Source of the DNA: a bacterium
GTDB lineage: Bacteria; Bacteroidota; Ignavibacteria; Kapaibacteriales; UBA2268
Length of the DNA stretch: 64,000 nucleotides
Reading direction: 5' to 3'
NCBI GenBank assembly: GCA_030431515.1
Contig: JAUIIX010000004.1
Coordinates: 47,810 to 111,809, forward strand
Part shown: piece by piece, positions 29,255 to 38,016 of the stretch
Layout of the letters: each line of letters starts with the position of its first letter
Numbering within the stretch: position 1 is the stretch's first letter
Position numbers and translations under genes: made by a program
The notes under the pieces: generated by a model
Seen by the model: the letters and a program-made list of their open reading frames with translations, nothing else
Told to the model about the DNA's origin: nothing
Databases searched by the model: none

Positions 29255-30035
29255 TTATGTATTGTGATACGGAATCATGGATGTTTTTGTTCAAATCAGC
29301 GTATTTTCTTACAAATCGAGGGTTAAAATCAATTGTAAGTCCAAGCATATCAGTATATACTAATATCTGACCGTCACAATGTGGTCCAGCACCAATTCCT
29401 ATTGTCGGAATTTCTAATGATTCTGTGATTTCTTGTCCAAGTTCAGCCGGGATTTTTTCGAAAACAATTGCAAATGCTCCTGCATCTTGTAATCTTAAAG
29501 CATCTTCTTTTATATTATCTGCTTCATCTTTATCGGTTCCTCTTGCTCTATATGATCCAAAGTGATTGATTTTTTGTGGTGTCAAGCCAAGATGCCCCAT
29601 TACTGGAATACCAGCATCTGTCATCCGAGCTACTGCTTCGCAAACTACTCCTCCACCTTCTAATTTTACTGCAGAACAATTTGTTTCTTTCATTATTCTA
29701 CCAGCATTTCTAAATGCCTGATTACCTGACACTTGATAAGACATAAATGGCATATCTGCAACAACTAAAGCTCTTTCTGATGCTTTTACAACTGCTTTAG
29801 TATGATAAATAATATCTTCAATTGTAACTGAAATTGTAGTCTCATTCCCTTGAATTACATTTCCTAAGGAATCGCCAACTAAAATTAAGTCAATTCCAGA
29901 AGAATCAATGATTTTTGCAATAGTATAATCATAAGCAGTCAAACAAGATATTCTTACTCCTGCCTTTTTCATTTCCTTTAATCTAAGAGTAGTTACTTTT
30001 TTATCATTAAATTTAGATGACCTGCTTACACTCAT
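29208..30035 (-). CDS. panB: 3-methyl-2-oxobutanoate hydroxymethyltransferase
   Basis: LTAYDYTIAKIIDSSGIDLILVGDSLGNV.QG..TT..VT..D...H..AV, AVKLEGG and IGIGAG..CDGQILV are hallmark PanB blocks. Confidence 0.92.
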   Translation of the reverse strand: MSVSRSSKFNDKKVTTLRLKEMKKAGVRISCLTAYDYTIAKIIDSSGIDLILVGDSLGNVIQGNETTISVTIEDIIYHTKAVVKASERALVVADMPFMSYQVSGNQAFRNAGRIMKETNCSAVKLEGGGVVCEAVARMTDAGIPVMGHLGLTPQKINHFGSYRARGTDKDEADNIKEDALRLQDAGAFAIVFEKIPAELGQEITESLEIPTIGIGAGPHCDGQILVYTDMLGLTIDFNPRFVRKYADLNKNIHDSVSQYINDIKIKDFPNDDESY

Positions 30036-30042
30036 TTCGTCC

Positions 30043-30978
30043 TTATACTTTATTTTTTAAATTATTAATCATAGTTGCAGTAAGTTTTGCTAAATCATAA
30101 GAATGGTTCCAATTCCATTCTTTTCGAGCAGATGAATCATCAATTGATTTAGGCCAAGAATCAGCAATTTTTTGTCTATAATCTGGATTATAAGTTATTT
30201 CAAATTCTGGGATATGTTTTTTGATTTCTTCTGCTAATGTTTTTGGAGTAAAACTAATTGCAGCAACGTTAAAATCAGCGTGATGAACTAAGTTCTCAAC
30301 TGGTGCATCCATCAAATCTAATGTTGCTTTTATACAATCTTCCATATACATCATTGGTAGCATAGTATCTTCCGATAAGAAACATTCATATTTTTTGTGT
30401 TTTAATGCTTCATAGAATATTTCAACTGCGTAATCTGTAGTTCCACCACCTGGAAGAGTTTCTGAAGAAATAATACCTGGGTATCTAATTCCTCTGATGT
30501 CAAGTTGATATTTGTCAAAGTAATAATTAGCTAAAACTTCTCCAGCAACTTTTGTAACTCCATACATTGTAGTAGGTTTTAAAACTGAATCTTGTTCGGT
30601 GTTATCTCTATTTATTCCTTGACCCCATACTGCTATTGAAGATGGCATAAATATTCTAAATAATTTATGTTTGACACTTAAATCAAGAATATTTAATGTT
30701 CCATTCATATTTATATCCCAACATAATATTGGATTTTTTTCTCCAGTAGCTGAAAGCAGAGCTGCAAGGTGATAAATTATTGTTATTTTCTCTTCTATTA
30801 TTATTCTTTCTAATTCAGTTTTGTCAAGAATATTTAATTTGTAGTATTTGTTATCACTTTTAAAGTCTTCTTTAATATCTGATATGATGACGTTTTGAAC
30901 GCCATACTTATTATTTAATGCAGTTGTTAGTGCAGTTCCAATTTGACCTAATGCACCTGTTATTAAAATTTTAGTCAT
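30043..30978 (-). CDS. NAD-dependent epimerase/dehydratase-fold enzyme, most like extended-SDR L-threonine 3-dehydrogenase
   Basis: ILITGALGQIGTAL (Rossmann fold), YGVTKVAGE (YxxxK), and LPGGGTTDYAVEIFYEA...LPMMYMEDC, which is typical of the SDR-type TDH family. Confidence 0.65.
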   Translation of the reverse strand: MTKILITGALGQIGTALTTALNNKYGVQNVIISDIKEDFKSDNKYYKLNILDKTELERIIIEEKITIIYHLAALLSATGEKNPILCWDINMNGTLNILDLSVKHKLFRIFMPSSIAVWGQGINRDNTEQDSVLKPTTMYGVTKVAGEVLANYYFDKYQLDIRGIRYPGIISSETLPGGGTTDYAVEIFYEALKHKKYECFLSEDTMLPMMYMEDCIKATLDLMDAPVENLVHHADFNVAAISFTPKTLAEEIKKHIPEFEITYNPDYRQKIADSWPKSIDDSSARKEWNWNHSYDLAKLTATMINNLKNKV

Positions 30979-31146
30979 TGATTTTTAAAATTTGAATTAT
31001 AAAAAATGCAAATTAAGTATTTATTTGTAGATTTCAATTTTAGGAAGACTATATCTAAAAATTTTTTAAAATACATCTATTTTAATTGTTCATATATATT
31101 ATAGTCAAAGCCCTTGTTTATCATAGTTTTTTCTTAATTTTGCTTA

Positions 31147-31989
31147 ATGAAAATAAATTATTTTGAGATTTTAAATAATATTCAAGTTCCAATTAAATTG
31201 GATTTAAGATTATTAGACTATAAAGAAAAAAAGCCCTTAAATATTATTTTACACGGTTTTAAAGCGTATAGAAATTGGGGCTTCATTCCTTATTTTGCTG
31301 AAAGATTCACAAAAGATATTGGACCAACTATTAACTTTGACTTTTCATTGAATGGAATTGATAATGAAAAGGAAATGTTATATAATGTTGATTTATTTAG
31401 AACTAATACTGTTAGCCAGCAATTAAAAGATATTGAAATACTTTTAAATGAAATAAATGATTCTAATTCTGAAATTAATAAACTTTTAAGCCCTATTTGG
31501 AATGGAAAAGTCAATTTAATTGGTCATTCTCTTGGTGGTGCTTGCTCATTGATTAGTGCTGAAAGCTTTAGTCAAATATCAAGCGTTGTTCTCCTTGGGT
31601 CAATCTCGAAAACAGATAGAAATACTGAAAGACAAAAAAGAGAATGGCGAGAAAAAGGATTCATAGAGTTTAAAGAATCTTATTCTGGTCAAATACTTTA
31701 CTTAGATGTTGAATATCTCGAAGATAAAGAAAGAAATAAAGATAAAATTGATTTAAGAAGAATAATTTCAAAATTAGAAGTAGCTATTTGCGTCATACAC
31801 GGGAAATTAGATTTCACTGTACCACTAAAGGAAGCGGAAATTCTAATTGAAAGAGCAAAAAACTCAAAAATACTTGAATATCTTTTTATAGATAAATGTA
31901 ATCACACTTTTGGAGTTAGTCATCAATTTAATGAAACTAATACTTCATTAGAATTAACTATCGACAAAATTAAATCATTTTTAAATTAA
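31147..31989 (+). CDS. alpha/beta-fold hydrolase
   Basis: Nucleophile elbow LIGHSLGGA. C-terminal ...CNHTF supplies a His context. Confidence 0.65.
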   Translation: MKINYFEILNNIQVPIKLDLRLLDYKEKKPLNIILHGFKAYRNWGFIPYFAERFTKDIGPTINFDFSLNGIDNEKEMLYNVDLFRTNTVSQQLKDIEILLNEINDSNSEINKLLSPIWNGKVNLIGHSLGGACSLISAESFSQISSVVLLGSISKTDRNTERQKREWREKGFIEFKESYSGQILYLDVEYLEDKERNKDKIDLRRIISKLEVAICVIHGKLDFTVPLKEAEILIERAKNSKILEYLFIDKCNHTFGVSHQFNETNTSLELTIDKIKSFLN

Positions 31990-32414
31990 TGTTAAAATAT
32001 TTTCTAATTATTTTACTACTTGCTAATTCCTGCGAATTAATTGTCATAGGTAAGAAACCTATTGAAGTTAAAACAGTTATTGTTTCTCGTGATAATCCAA
32101 CGGGAACGGTTTTACTTTTTAAAGCTGAGATAAATGCTAATAATATAAAAGCAGCTACTGACTTTATTGCTTCGCCTAATGGTCATCGACTTAGAGCTAT
32201 TGATAAGTTAGATATTTATGATGATTTACCTCGTTACCATAATATTTTAAAGAAAGCAAATACAATCACTAATATCTATGAAGAAAAATTAGCTAATGAT
32301 ATTATTAGAATAAATGTCGAACTTGACTATATCCGTAATCTTACCTGCGACACTAAAAAAATCAATGATATTTATTATATTGTTAACTTTGGATATACTA
32401 AAACTCTCTATTAA
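31989..32414 (+). CDS. hypothetical small lipoprotein
   Basis: N-terminal LLLANSC lipobox-like. The start overlaps the upstream stop (TAATG). No recognised domain. Confidence 0.4.
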   Translation: MLKYFLIILLLANSCELIVIGKKPIEVKTVIVSRDNPTGTVLLFKAEINANNIKAATDFIASPNGHRLRAIDKLDIYDDLPRYHNILKKANTITNIYEEKLANDIIRINVELDYIRNLTCDTKKINDIYYIVNFGYTKTLY

Positions 32415-32653
32415 TATTTAATTTGGATATTTTCAATTAGTTATATCACTTTGTTCAATTCACAGTAATCAACACTTATCCACAAGTTATTAACATTCTT
32501 TAATATGCCGATGTGTATAACTTTTATTAAAATTTAAAACTTTAAATCTCCTTTTTTTGTTTTTTAAAGAAAAATTCCGTTAATTTGTGTTAAGTAATTC
32601 TGACACTTTAAAAAAAGTATGAATTATTATTGTTAACAATTTAAAGGTAGCTT

Positions 32654-33370
32654 TTGTTAAGTGCTATACTAATTGGAACATTAGCGGGTTTTGTATTAGC
32701 TCTCCCACCGGGTCCGGTAGGAGTAACTGCTATTAAATTTGGTCTGACTACAGGATTAAAGTCAGGAAATAAATATGCTTTGGCTAATTTATTAATGGAT
32801 TCAATTTATTGCTTCATTGCTATTTTTGCGACCTCTGCTGTTGCGAATCAAATAATCTCAGTAACTCAAAATCATCCCTTTATTATACTAATGGTTCAGT
32901 TTACAATTATAGCTGCACTTATAATATTTGGTATTATCAATATTCGTTCTTCAAAAGAGAGTAATTTTTCGAGTAAAGTTCAAACTAAAAAATTCAATTT
33001 TATAAATAAATTTGAAAATAAAGGGCCATTTCTAATTGGTATTGCTATTGCACTTACTAATTTAGCAAACCCATCATTTTTTGGAACTCTTACTTGGTTA
33101 TCTGTTAATATATTTGCTTTAAACCTAATTGAAAATGTATTTATCCAAAAAACATTATTTGCACTTGGCTTTGGTATAGGTAACTTCCTTTGGCTTATGC
33201 TAATTATGCGAGTAGTATTCAAATACAAACATAGATTATCGGAGCAAATGCTTACTCGTATTAAGCAATTTGCTGGTATTTCTTTTATTGGTTTTGGTAC
33301 AATCTTAGGTGCAAGATTAGTAATGTTTACTAAATGGGGCGAACTATTAAAATACGTTTTTGCCTTATAG
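32654..33370 (+). CDS. LysE/RhtB-type amino-acid exporter family membrane protein
   Basis: TTG start. N-terminal LALPPGPVGVTAI matches the PGP motif of LysE-type translocators. About six TM segments. Confidence 0.65.
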   Translation: MLSAILIGTLAGFVLALPPGPVGVTAIKFGLTTGLKSGNKYALANLLMDSIYCFIAIFATSAVANQIISVTQNHPFIILMVQFTIIAALIIFGIINIRSSKESNFSSKVQTKKFNFINKFENKGPFLIGIAIALTNLANPSFFGTLTWLSVNIFALNLIENVFIQKTLFALGFGIGNFLWLMLIMRVVFKYKHRLSEQMLTRIKQFAGISFIGFGTILGARLVMFTKWGELLKYVFAL

Positions 33371-34105
33371 TTTTAACTTCTTAAAAATTCCTTCAGGAAT
33401 CGATTTAATTATTGCCATAATTAATTTCCAATAAGTTGGCGTATAAAGCACATCTTTTTTACTAACTAATGCATTATAAATATCTTTTCCTACTTTTTCT
33501 GGTTTAGCAAATAGAGGAGAATCAGGCATTCCCGTAGTCATTGGCGTTTTAACAATACCTGGCTTAATTGTAATTACATTTACACCAAATTCATTCATTC
33601 TATTTCTAAGACCTTGCAAATAAGCAGAAACTCCAGCTTTCGCTGAACCATAAATGTAATTGCTTTGTCTTCCTCTTTCACCTGCAACTGAACTTATTAC
33701 AGCTATAGTTCCATTTTTTTTACTTTCAAAGTAGTTTGCTGCAATTGTACATAAGGATATAACTGACAAGCAATTAATATTAAATTCTTTTATAGTTAAT
33801 TCTTGGCTTTTTCTTACGACTTCATTATCAGGTAAAGTGCCATGAGCTATAAGCACAGTATCTAAATCACCAAGTATCTTTATTGTTTCATCAAATAATT
33901 GTTGATGTCTATCATATTCTAAAGCATTAATTTGATAAACAAAGAACTCGACATCGGAGTTCCAAGTCTTCAAATCATTCATAACTGTATTCAACTTTTG
34001 TAAATTAGACCCAGCAAGCATTACTTTTGTGTTAGGTCCTTTTACATTTTTAATTGTTTCTTCGGCTAACTTTGATGATCCACCAAATACTAGAATATTT
34101 TTCAT
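33365..34105 (-). CDS. short-chain dehydrogenase/reductase (SDR) family oxidoreductase
   Basis: Catalytic YGSAKAG (YxxxK), preceding ISSVAG, PGIVKTPM, and an atypical N-terminal glycine motif VFGGSSKLA. Confidence 0.8.
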   Translation of the reverse strand: MKNILVFGGSSKLAEETIKNVKGPNTKVMLAGSNLQKLNTVMNDLKTWNSDVEFFVYQINALEYDRHQQLFDETIKILGDLDTVLIAHGTLPDNEVVRKSQELTIKEFNINCLSVISLCTIAANYFESKKNGTIAVISSVAGERGRQSNYIYGSAKAGVSAYLQGLRNRMNEFGVNVITIKPGIVKTPMTTGMPDSPLFAKPEKVGKDIYNALVSKKDVLYTPTYWKLIMAIIKSIPEGIFKKLKL

Positions 34106-34124
34106 AACTAAAATAATAATTTGA

Positions 34125-34156
34125 CTAAAAAGAAATAAAGGGCAATTTGCCCTTTA
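34125..34156 (-). terminator. rho-independent terminator after the DEAD-box helicase gene
   Basis: Stem AAAGGGCA / TGCCCTTT (34137-34144 with 34148-34155), followed on the minus strand by ATTTCTTTTT. Confidence 0.6.
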
Positions 34157-34159
34157 TTA

Positions 34160-36133
34160 TTAACTACTTTTTCTACTTCTAAAATTACTTCCAGATGACC
34201 TTCTTCCACCACCTGAACTATCTCTGTCTCTTCCGCCGCCACCGTCACGACCTCTGTATCCGCCGCCATCACGACTTCCACCACCGTCTCGGCTTCCTCT
34301 GTATCCACCGCCATCGCGGCTTCCACCACTATCTCGGCCTCTGTATCCGCCACTATCTCTTGAGCCGCCTTCACGTCTTCCATATCCACCTTCACTCGAG
34401 CCACCGTCTCTACCACGGTATCCTCCACCACCATCACGACTTCTTCCGCCACCACGGTATCCACCGCTGCCACGTCTATCATCTCCACCACGACCTCTTC
34501 CGCCGCCATATCCGCCTCTTCCGCCACCACCAGAATTTCTTCTTGGTTTTGAAATTTCAACTGATACTTTAGTTCCAGCAAATCTAATATCTCCTTCAAA
34601 AGCTTCCAAGATTGTGTCTTCAAATTGTTTATCAACTTCGAAGAATGAGAAGTCATTCATCAAATCGATTGTTCCAATTGGAATATTTCTATCACGAGTA
34701 GCTTCATTAATCATTCCAATTAGATCTTTTACTTCTAATCTTTTTGATTTACCAACATTGATGAAGAATCTTGTTACATTACTACCATCACCACGACCTA
34801 TATCTTTTCTAACTGTTAGGTCTTCTGCATTTTTGTAATAATCTAAGAATCTATTAAATTCAACAGATACAAATCTTTGAATTAATTCTTCTCTTGTTAA
34901 ATGCTCTAATTTTTCATAAATTTTCGGCAAGTAAGAATTAATACTTTCTTCATTAACTGTAACATTATCAACAATATCAATTAAATGAAATAGTTGTTTC
35001 TCACAAATTTCTTCAGCATTAGGAATTTGCATTTCTGTAAATTTCTTACCTGCAATTCTTTCATTATCACGCAATTTTCCTTTTTGTCTTGGATTAATTA
35101 TTGTGATTGAAATACCTTTATTACCAGCTCTTCCGGTTCTACCAGATCTGTGAATATAAACTTCAGGATCATCTGGTAAATTATAGTTAATAATATGAGT
35201 TAACTCATTAATATCAATACCACGAGCGGCAACATCTGTAGCAACTAAAATTTGAAGATTTTTACTTCTAAATTTTTTCATTACATAATCACGTTGTTGT
35301 TGTGATAAATCACCGTGAATTGCATCTGCATTGTAACCATCATTTATTAGTTTATCAGAGACATCTTTAGTTTCTTGTCTTGTACGACAGAAAATAATAC
35401 CATAGATATTTGGATAATAATCGGCTAATCTTTTAAGTAAGAAATATCTGTTTTTCTCATTAGTAATATAATACTCATGACTAACATCATTATTACTTGA
35501 ATTTTTCTTTCCAACAGTTATTTCAAATGGTTTATTCATGTAACTATTAGAAATTCTTCTAATTTCAGCAGGCATTGTAGCAGAGAATAAAAGAGTTTGT
35601 CTATTATCAGACGCTTCTGATAAAATCGCATCTAATTCATCTTTGAAGCCCATATTAAGCATTTCATCTGCTTCATCTAAAACTAAAAAGTTGATTTTTT
35701 GAAGATTTAAAATTCTTCTTTTTTGTAAATCTTTAACTCTACCAGGGGTCCCAACAATAATTTGGGGTCCACGTTCAATGTCTCTTATTTGTTTGTCGAT
35801 ACTTGCACCACCATATACGGCAAGTATTTTTACTTTATTCATATATTTAGCGTAATTGTTCATATCACTTGTGATTTGAACACATAACTCTCTCGTTGGA
35901 CAAAGAATAATAGCTTGAACATCTTTATTCTCAACAACTATCTTATTTAGAATTGGCAAACCGAAAGCAGCAGTTTTACCTGTACCTGTTTGTGCTAACC
36001 CTACTAAATCTTTATCGTTTTCGAGAATATACGGAATTGTTTGAGTTTGGATTTCTGTAGGTGACTCAAAACCTAAATCTGCGATGGCTTTTAAAATATC
36101 TTCATTTAAGCTCATCTCTTGGAAACTTGACAT
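34160..36133 (-). CDS. deaD: DEAD-box ATP-dependent RNA helicase (DeaD/CsdA-like) with DbpA-type RNA-binding domain and RGG/GGYRG-repeat tail
   Basis: AQTGTGKT, VLDEADEML, SAT and HRSGRTGRAG motifs. C-terminal tail of about 125 aa made of G/R/S/D/Y repeats. Confidence 0.9.
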   Translation of the reverse strand: MSSFQEMSLNEDILKAIADLGFESPTEIQTQTIPYILENDKDLVGLAQTGTGKTAAFGLPILNKIVVENKDVQAIILCPTRELCVQITSDMNNYAKYMNKVKILAVYGGASIDKQIRDIERGPQIIVGTPGRVKDLQKRRILNLQKINFLVLDEADEMLNMGFKDELDAILSEASDNRQTLLFSATMPAEIRRISNSYMNKPFEITVGKKNSSNNDVSHEYYITNEKNRYFLLKRLADYYPNIYGIIFCRTRQETKDVSDKLINDGYNADAIHGDLSQQQRDYVMKKFRSKNLQILVATDVAARGIDINELTHIINYNLPDDPEVYIHRSGRTGRAGNKGISITIINPRQKGKLRDNERIAGKKFTEMQIPNAEEICEKQLFHLIDIVDNVTVNEESINSYLPKIYEKLEHLTREELIQRFVSVEFNRFLDYYKNAEDLTVRKDIGRGDGSNVTRFFINVGKSKRLEVKDLIGMINEATRDRNIPIGTIDLMNDFSFFEVDKQFEDTILEAFEGDIRFAGTKVSVEISKPRRNSGGGGRGGYGGGRGRGGDDRRGSGGYRGGGRSRDGGGGYRGRDGGSSEGGYGRREGGSRDSGGYRGRDSGGSRDGGGYRGSRDGGGSRDGGGYRGRDGGGGRDRDSSGGGRRSSGSNFRSRKSS

Positions 36134-36392
36134 TATAACCCTGTAATAATATCCTACGTTGGATATTTTATATAAAAAGTGTAAGAAAATAAGTACAAAT
36201 ATACGATAAATATATTTAATACTACTATTTTTACAAATATATTCTTGATTTCTTATGATTTATCAATGGATTAGTTGATTGGTTTTTATTGATATGTTGT
36301 ATTGTTGTTGTAAATATTAATGTAAATTGATAGGAAAAGCAAATATTAAACTTTAAGTCTTACAATCTAAAATTAGTTTAGTTTTTTTCAGA

Positions 36393-36511
36393 ATATCTAT
36401 TCTCCTTTTATTAATTTATAAATATTTACTTTTGAATCTTTAAATTCTATATTTACTAAGTATAAATTTGGATTAATTTGAGAAGAAAGTGGAATTTGAT
36501 TTGTGCCTTTT
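36393..36511 (-). repeat. 119-nt segment nearly identical to 37898-38016 (3' ends of the tandem paralogs)
   Basis: Three mismatches over 119 nt by eye. Covers the last 38 codons, the stop codon and 4 nt beyond it. Confidence 0.85.
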
Positions 36512-37899
36512 ATTAAAGTAAAATTATTATCGTATAATACTCTTCCATTCAAGTCGAGTATCTTGATTTTACAATCACTTGCATTTTCATTATTTTCAAT
36601 AATTAAATTGTTTTTTGAGAAATAGACAGTTATATTTTTTAATTCATTAATATAAACACTTGAAAATAAATTCTTTTTTGATTTAAAAAGTCTAATTCTA
36701 TTATCTTCTTGGTAAAATATACTCCATATTTCATCATTTATAGGATTTAAAAATATATTTCTTATACTAAGTTCTGTGACTAAGTTGAAAGTTAAACCTC
36801 CATCATAAGATGAAAATATTAAAGAACGTGAAAAATTAATTACAGTACCAGTATCAACAATTTCTTTAGAATTATGAACTAATCTACAAAGAAATGTGTC
36901 TGGTTTAGTTAGATTAAATCTAAATTTGGAATAATTATAATCTACATAATCATTTTCAAGGTATTTAAAAAAACCAAATAAATTAACAGTTTCAATATAA
37001 TTATCATTATTTAAATTCTCTAAAGAATCATAAGAAACATTTCTAACTTTATATGAACTTATTGTATCAACAATAGCTGATATAGATAAATCTAAGAGTG
37101 GCATGATATTAGAGTGATATTTATCTATGATAAAATCTTCATCTCTAAAACCATAATCTTTTCTACCATTTGGACTTCTTTGATATGAATAATCATAAGT
37201 TTTATTATAAAAATTATACTTAAACGGATTGAATATATTTAAAGGAGTTTTAAATTGATAGTTGTTAAAAGAAAAAAAACCTAATTCTGGATTTCTAATA
37301 TTAAGTTCAAATGTTATTTCCATGTTTTTTGGTAAATGCTCAGGATGAACATTATGCCAGGTTTTACCTCTATCTGTTGAATAATCAAAATAATGAATAT
37401 ATCGATCATGACTTGTATCGTGTAAGTATCTACCGTATAAACCAATAAAGTCTTCATTAATATGATTTAATATTATTCTCCAATTTCTATATTCTGGGTT
37501 CAATTCAATTTTTTCTATTAATTTGCCTTTTACATCAAAATATCCTAAAAATAATTCATCGTCTTCATAAAATTTATGTATAAACATAAATAATTTTTGA
37601 TGAAAGAATTGACCAGATAAGAACTCAAAATCTCCAAATAATATCTTCTGGAAATTTTCTGTTACATTTTCCCAAGTTTTTCCATTGTCCGATGAAAAAT
37701 AAAAATTATTTATATAATCAACATAAGGTGAAGCAGTATCTAATTCAACATGAAAAAACGCACTATCACCTTTTAATGAAAGCGTGGCATTTTGTGCTGT
37801 AGAGATTCCAGAAGGATCAAAATCTAAAACCTCTTCAAATTCGAGATTTTGTGAATATAATGAGGAGAATGATAAGATGAATAGAATTAAGATTTTCAT
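36397..37899 (-). CDS. secreted Asp-box (BNR-like) protein with T9SS C-terminal sorting domain, paralog 1
   Basis: Signal peptide ILFILSFSSLYSQ. Motifs SSDNGKTWENV, STDRGKTWHNV and SSYDGGLTFNL. Tail ...ILDLNGRVLYDNNFTLIKGTNQIPLSSQINPNLYLVNIEFKDSKVNIYKLIKGE. Confidence 0.65.
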   Translation of the reverse strand: MKILILFILSFSSLYSQNLEFEEVLDFDPSGISTAQNATLSLKGDSAFFHVELDTASPYVDYINNFYFSSDNGKTWENVTENFQKILFGDFEFLSGQFFHQKLFMFIHKFYEDDELFLGYFDVKGKLIEKIELNPEYRNWRIILNHINEDFIGLYGRYLHDTSHDRYIHYFDYSTDRGKTWHNVHPEHLPKNMEITFELNIRNPELGFFSFNNYQFKTPLNIFNPFKYNFYNKTYDYSYQRSPNGRKDYGFRDEDFIIDKYHSNIMPLLDLSISAIVDTISSYKVRNVSYDSLENLNNDNYIETVNLFGFFKYLENDYVDYNYSKFRFNLTKPDTFLCRLVHNSKEIVDTGTVINFSRSLIFSSYDGGLTFNLVTELSIRNIFLNPINDEIWSIFYQEDNRIRLFKSKKNLFSSVYINELKNITVYFSKNNLIIENNENASDCKIKILDLNGRVLYDNNFTLIKGTNQIPLSSQINPNLYLVNIEFKDSKVNIYKLIKGE

Positions 37900-38016
37900 A
37901 TCTATTCTCCTTTAATTAATTTATAAATATTTACTTTTGAATCTTTAAATTCTATATTTACTAAATATAAATTTGGATTAATTTGAGAAGAAAGTGGAAT
38001 TTGATTTGTACCTTTT
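37898..38016 (-). repeat. 119-nt segment nearly identical to 36393-36511
   Basis: See 36393-36511. A second identical 39-nt block (37849-37887 = 39333-39371) covers the signal-peptide regions. Confidence 0.85.

Noticed and set aside
32501-32520. Sigma-28 (FliA) promoter from GCCGATGT
   Set aside because: There is no TAAA -35 element at the required spacing of about 15 nt. The downstream gene is a LysE-type exporter, and the same bases are better described as a DnaA-box-like TGTGTATAA.
34108-34656. 182-aa minus-strand and 125-aa plus-strand (34195-34572) ORFs
   Set aside because: They are alternate-frame and antisense readings of the GC-rich RGG-repeat region of the helicase gene. The helicase frame is continuous with conserved motifs, whereas these are compositional artefacts (E/V/A-rich and H/R/L-rich).
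36147-36168. Hairpin AATATCC-N6-GGATATT just upstream of the deaD start as a cold-responsive leader element
   Set aside because: It is only a 7-bp AT-rich stem and I cannot assess conservation. It is noted but too weak to call a feature.
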